The position numbers and the translations under genes are program-made. DNA of 64,000 nucleotides from an uncultured delta proteobacterium (GTDB lineage Bacteria; Desulfobacterota; Desulfobaccia; Desulfobaccales; 0-14-0-80-60-11): assembly GCA_963812015.1 (NCBI GenBank), contig CAWETI010000002.1, positions 320,001 through 384,000 of the forward strand. Reading direction: 5' to 3'. Of this stretch, positions 61,060 to 64,000 are shown in pieces. The notes under the pieces are model-generated. The model saw only the letters and a program-made list of their open reading frames with translations. It was not told the DNA's origin and did no database searches. How positions within the stretch are numbered: the first letter of the stretch is position 1; the number at the start of each line of letters is the position of its first letter.

Positions 61060-62553
61060 TCACACCCGCTCCGGGCCGGCGGTGATAGGTTTGCCGGTGG
61101 CGGCGGCAATGGATCGGAGCATGCCCTGGTAGACCATTTTGTGGAAAGGGTCCAGGCTATACCAGTAGAGGATGCCCAGGAGGCCCCGGGGGAGGAAGCG
61201 GGCAATCTGGGTGAGTTCGGTGCTGCCATCGGGCCGGGGGGTGAGGCGAAATTCCAGGGTGGCCTCCCCTGGCATCTTCATTTCCGCCACCAGCAGCAGG
61301 CGTTGATTCGGCTCGATTTCCAGGACGCGAAAAAAATCCAGGGCATCGCCGGTTCGGAGTTCGACAGGGTGACGCCGGCCACGCCGGAGCCCCGAACCCC
61401 CCAGGAGCCGGTCGGTCCAGCCCCGGATAGCCCACAGGGAGTCACCGTAGTACCAGCCCGTCCGGCCGCCGATCCGGGTGAGGGGCTGCCAGACCTCTGC
61501 CGGGGTGGCCTTGAGAAGAATCCGGTAGCCCAGGCTTAAGACGGTGCCGCCGGTGTAATCGGCGTCGCCGCAGGCGGCCCATTCCGGGGGTCTGAGCTCA
61601 CCGGCGTCGCTCCAGCAGGTTTCCACCCGCTGCTGTTCCACCCTTTGCAGGGCCAGCCGGATGGTCTGGCGACAGTCCAGCAACTCCTGGGGGATGAGGT
61701 CCCGGATACGGTTATCCAGGCAGACTACGGGGTTGGCCAGGCCTTCCGCCAGGGGCCGGGCCAGGGAGGCGGGGACCGGGGTCACCAGGTGGATCCAGTA
61801 GGAACTCAGCCGGGGAGTGAGCACCGGCGCCGGGATGACCAAACGCCGGGGGAGGTGCGCCTCTTCGGCATAGATATCCATCAGTTGCCGGTAGGTCACC
61901 ACTTCCGGGCCGCCGATGTCGAAGGTTTGCCCCCGGGTGTCGTCGCGGTCCAAGCAGCCCATCAGGTAGGTGAGGACGTTGCGGATGGCGATGGGTTGAA
62001 CCGGGGTGTGGACCCAGCGGGGGGTGATCATCACCGGCAGGCGATCCACCAGGTAACGCAGGATTTCGAAGGCGGCGCCGCCGGAGCCCAAAATCATGGC
62101 GGCCCGGAGGAACGTGGTGGGGACGGCCCCCGACTGGAGAATCCGGGCTACCTCAAAGCGGGAGCGCAGGTGCTCGCTCAGGTTGGGGTCGTCCTGCCCC
62201 CCTAACCCCCCCAGGTAAATGATGCGGTCCAGGCCGGCTGCAGCCGCGGCCTGGGCCATGTTCCGGGCGGCCTGGCGGTCGGCTGCGGCGAAATCCCGGG
62301 CGGCCGCGTTCATGGAGTGGACCAGGTAAAAGGCGGCCCAGCACCCCTGGGCCGCCCGGCCCAGGGATTCTGCGTCCATAACGTCGCCCGGGGCCAATTC
62401 GATGCGGGGATGGCTGCCCCAGGGACGGCTGCGCAACTTGCCCAGGGAACGCCCCAGGGCCCGGACCCGGTAGCCCGCGTCCAACAGGCGGGGCACCAGG
62501 CGTCCGCCCACATAGCCGGTGGCGCCGGTAACCAGAACCGGTTTTGGGTTCAT
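61060..62553 (-). CDS. SDR/NAD(P)-binding protein with DUF2867-like C-terminus (YbjT-like)
   Basis: VTGATGYVGG, YLVHSM, SEHL.SR, GGRTGWY, EMKMPG. Confidence 0.88.
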   Translation of the reverse strand: MNPKPVLVTGATGYVGGRLVPRLLDAGYRVRALGRSLGKLRSRPWGSHPRIELAPGDVMDAESLGRAAQGCWAAFYLVHSMNAAARDFAAADRQAARNMAQAAAAAGLDRIIYLGGLGGQDDPNLSEHLRSRFEVARILQSGAVPTTFLRAAMILGSGGAAFEILRYLVDRLPVMITPRWVHTPVQPIAIRNVLTYLMGCLDRDDTRGQTFDIGGPEVVTYRQLMDIYAEEAHLPRRLVIPAPVLTPRLSSYWIHLVTPVPASLARPLAEGLANPVVCLDNRIRDLIPQELLDCRQTIRLALQRVEQQRVETCWSDAGELRPPEWAACGDADYTGGTVLSLGYRILLKATPAEVWQPLTRIGGRTGWYYGDSLWAIRGWTDRLLGGSGLRRGRRHPVELRTGDALDFFRVLEIEPNQRLLLVAEMKMPGEATLEFRLTPRPDGSTELTQIARFLPRGLLGILYWYSLDPFHKMVYQGMLRSIAAATGKPITAGPERV

Positions 62554-62863
62554 GAGATATAACCTCCGAGCCAATTTCACTGTAAGGGAAAATCTGGTAA
62601 GCCGCCATAAAAAAGCCGGGTTGCGAACCTCCCGGGCGGGCTGAGCCGTCGTCTGTCCCAATCCCGTCAGAAATGCCCAACTCCCTTTCCGGGCCAGGTT
62701 TACTTCCGGCTCAGCGCCACAAAAAACGGTGAGTGAAAAACCGCGCCTTAACTTTTTCCCCGGCCATTGGTCAAATTCAATGAAGACCGAACCACCCCTG
62801 GGTGGTCACAGATCAAGGACAATTCAGGGCTGGATTTCCTAACAAGGCCCGGAGGTTAGAGCA

Positions 62864-63226
62864 ATGAAAATCTGGACCAAAGGCATGGTGTCCGGCCTGC
62901 TGGCCGGCGTGGTCATCCTGGGGAGCCTCCCGGCTTTGGCGGGCCCCCAAGCCCCATACTTCGACCAGCGGCAAATGGATCAGCAAAGCCGGATCAACCA
63001 GGGTGTGCAGTCGGGTCGGATTACTCCTGGGGAATATCGTCGCCTGCAAAACGAGCAGGAACGCATCCGCCAGACCGAGGCCATGATGCGGGCCAAAAAC
63101 GGCCGCCTGACTCCCGGAGAAAAGGCCCAGCTTGCCCAGATGCAGGACCGGGCCAACCGGGACATTTACCGCTACAAGCATAACAACAACTACCGGTCAG
63201 CCAACTGGAGACCGGGCTGGCGGTAA
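62864..63226 (+). CDS. Exported helical-repeat hypothetical protein
   Basis: Signal peptide; QQSRINQGVQSGRITPGE / NGRLTPGE repeats; RBS GGAGG. Confidence 0.75.
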   Translation: MKIWTKGMVSGLLAGVVILGSLPALAGPQAPYFDQRQMDQQSRINQGVQSGRITPGEYRRLQNEQERIRQTEAMMRAKNGRLTPGEKAQLAQMQDRANRDIYRYKHNNNYRSANWRPGWR

Positions 63227-63285
63227 TCCTCCGGAGAGGCAGAGCGGGAGGCAACCTGCCCATCGACCAGTTGCCGGCCGCACTG

Positions 63286-64000
63286 TTACACGTGATTCCG
63301 CAGCTGCAACTCCAGCGGATGGGGGTGGAGGTAAAACTGTTCTTTCAGATAAGGCTGGTGGTATTTCCGAACATAGTGATTGATCAGGGTGACGGGCACC
63401 ACCAGGGGCACGACGCCCTGGTGGTAATAAGCAATGATTTCCAGTAATTCCTGTTTTTCGTCAGGGGACAGATCCTTCTTGAAGTACCCCATCAGGTGGT
63501 ACAAGACATTGGTGTTTTTCTTGGGGGTGGTTTTAAGGCGCAGGGCTTCCATGAGCTGAGCCTGATAGTGTGCGTAGAGTTCCTGGATCGGCGCCCCTTT
63601 GGCCTGGGCCACCAGGCGGCCGAGTTCCCGGTAATGCCTGGGGCTGTGGGCCAGGATAAGCAGCTTGTGCCGGGTATGGAAGGCCACCAAGTCGCCGAGG
63701 TTATCCCCGGGCCGCCAAAAGTTCCCGCCAGCGCTGCAACACGAAGATGCACTCGATGAAGTTCTCCCGGAGGACGGGGTCATGGAGTCGCCCCTCTTCT
63801 TCCACCGGCAGGAGAGGAAAGTGCTCCATAAAGGCCCGGGCAAACATCCCCACTCCCCGGGTCACCGGGGAGCCCGGGGCGTGTTCAGGGTAGACTTTGA
63901 CCCGCTCCATGCCGCTACTGGGGGATTTGCTCTTGAAAATAAAGCCGCAGAGGTTCTCCTGCTCCAGTTCCTGCACCCGTTTTTTGGCCCAGGTGACCAT
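63286..64000 (-). pseudogene. DUF523/DUF1722 (YbgA-like) protein, frameshifted; 5' end outside window
   Basis: GFIFKSKSPSSG..EEEGRL..RENF in one frame and FHTRHK..HLMGYFK..ELQLRNHV in another; shift at the C4 run 63705-63708. Confidence 0.75.

Overview
GC-rich bacterial chromosome segment; gene content suggests a deltaproteobacterium (Desulfobacterota-like, inference). Positions 1 to ~14.8 kb look like the right-hand part of an integrative island abutting the 3' end of tRNA-Arg(CCG). It carries a zinc-ribbon tyrosine integrase with a leaderless HTH gene, a complete His-Xaa-Ser radical SAM system (hxsD-B-C-A), a low-GC methyltransferase-like gene, and co-oriented cargo modules (V4R + Cya2-like cyclase; exported TPR-CHAT protease; LtrA + pirin). 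These modules are separated by full or half copies of an unannotated ~100-bp repeat, one of which abuts an IS110 remnant; this is the best candidate for an undescribed cassette-accretion system. A c-di-GMP-I riboswitch lies at the left edge. The rest is mostly core genome: hcp, pheT, a Crp/Fnr regulator, a liv ABC operon, mce, dxr-rseP-tsaB, an A-adding-type nucleotidyltransferase with xerD, rlmB, tsaC, a ROK kinase, duplicated sigma54-driven amtB-P-II units, a group 3b [NiFe] hydrogenase operon ending in gapN, and a frameshifted ybgA-like gene. Intergenic regions contain many REP and MITE-like repeats. All calls come from reading the sequence by eye; no searches were run.
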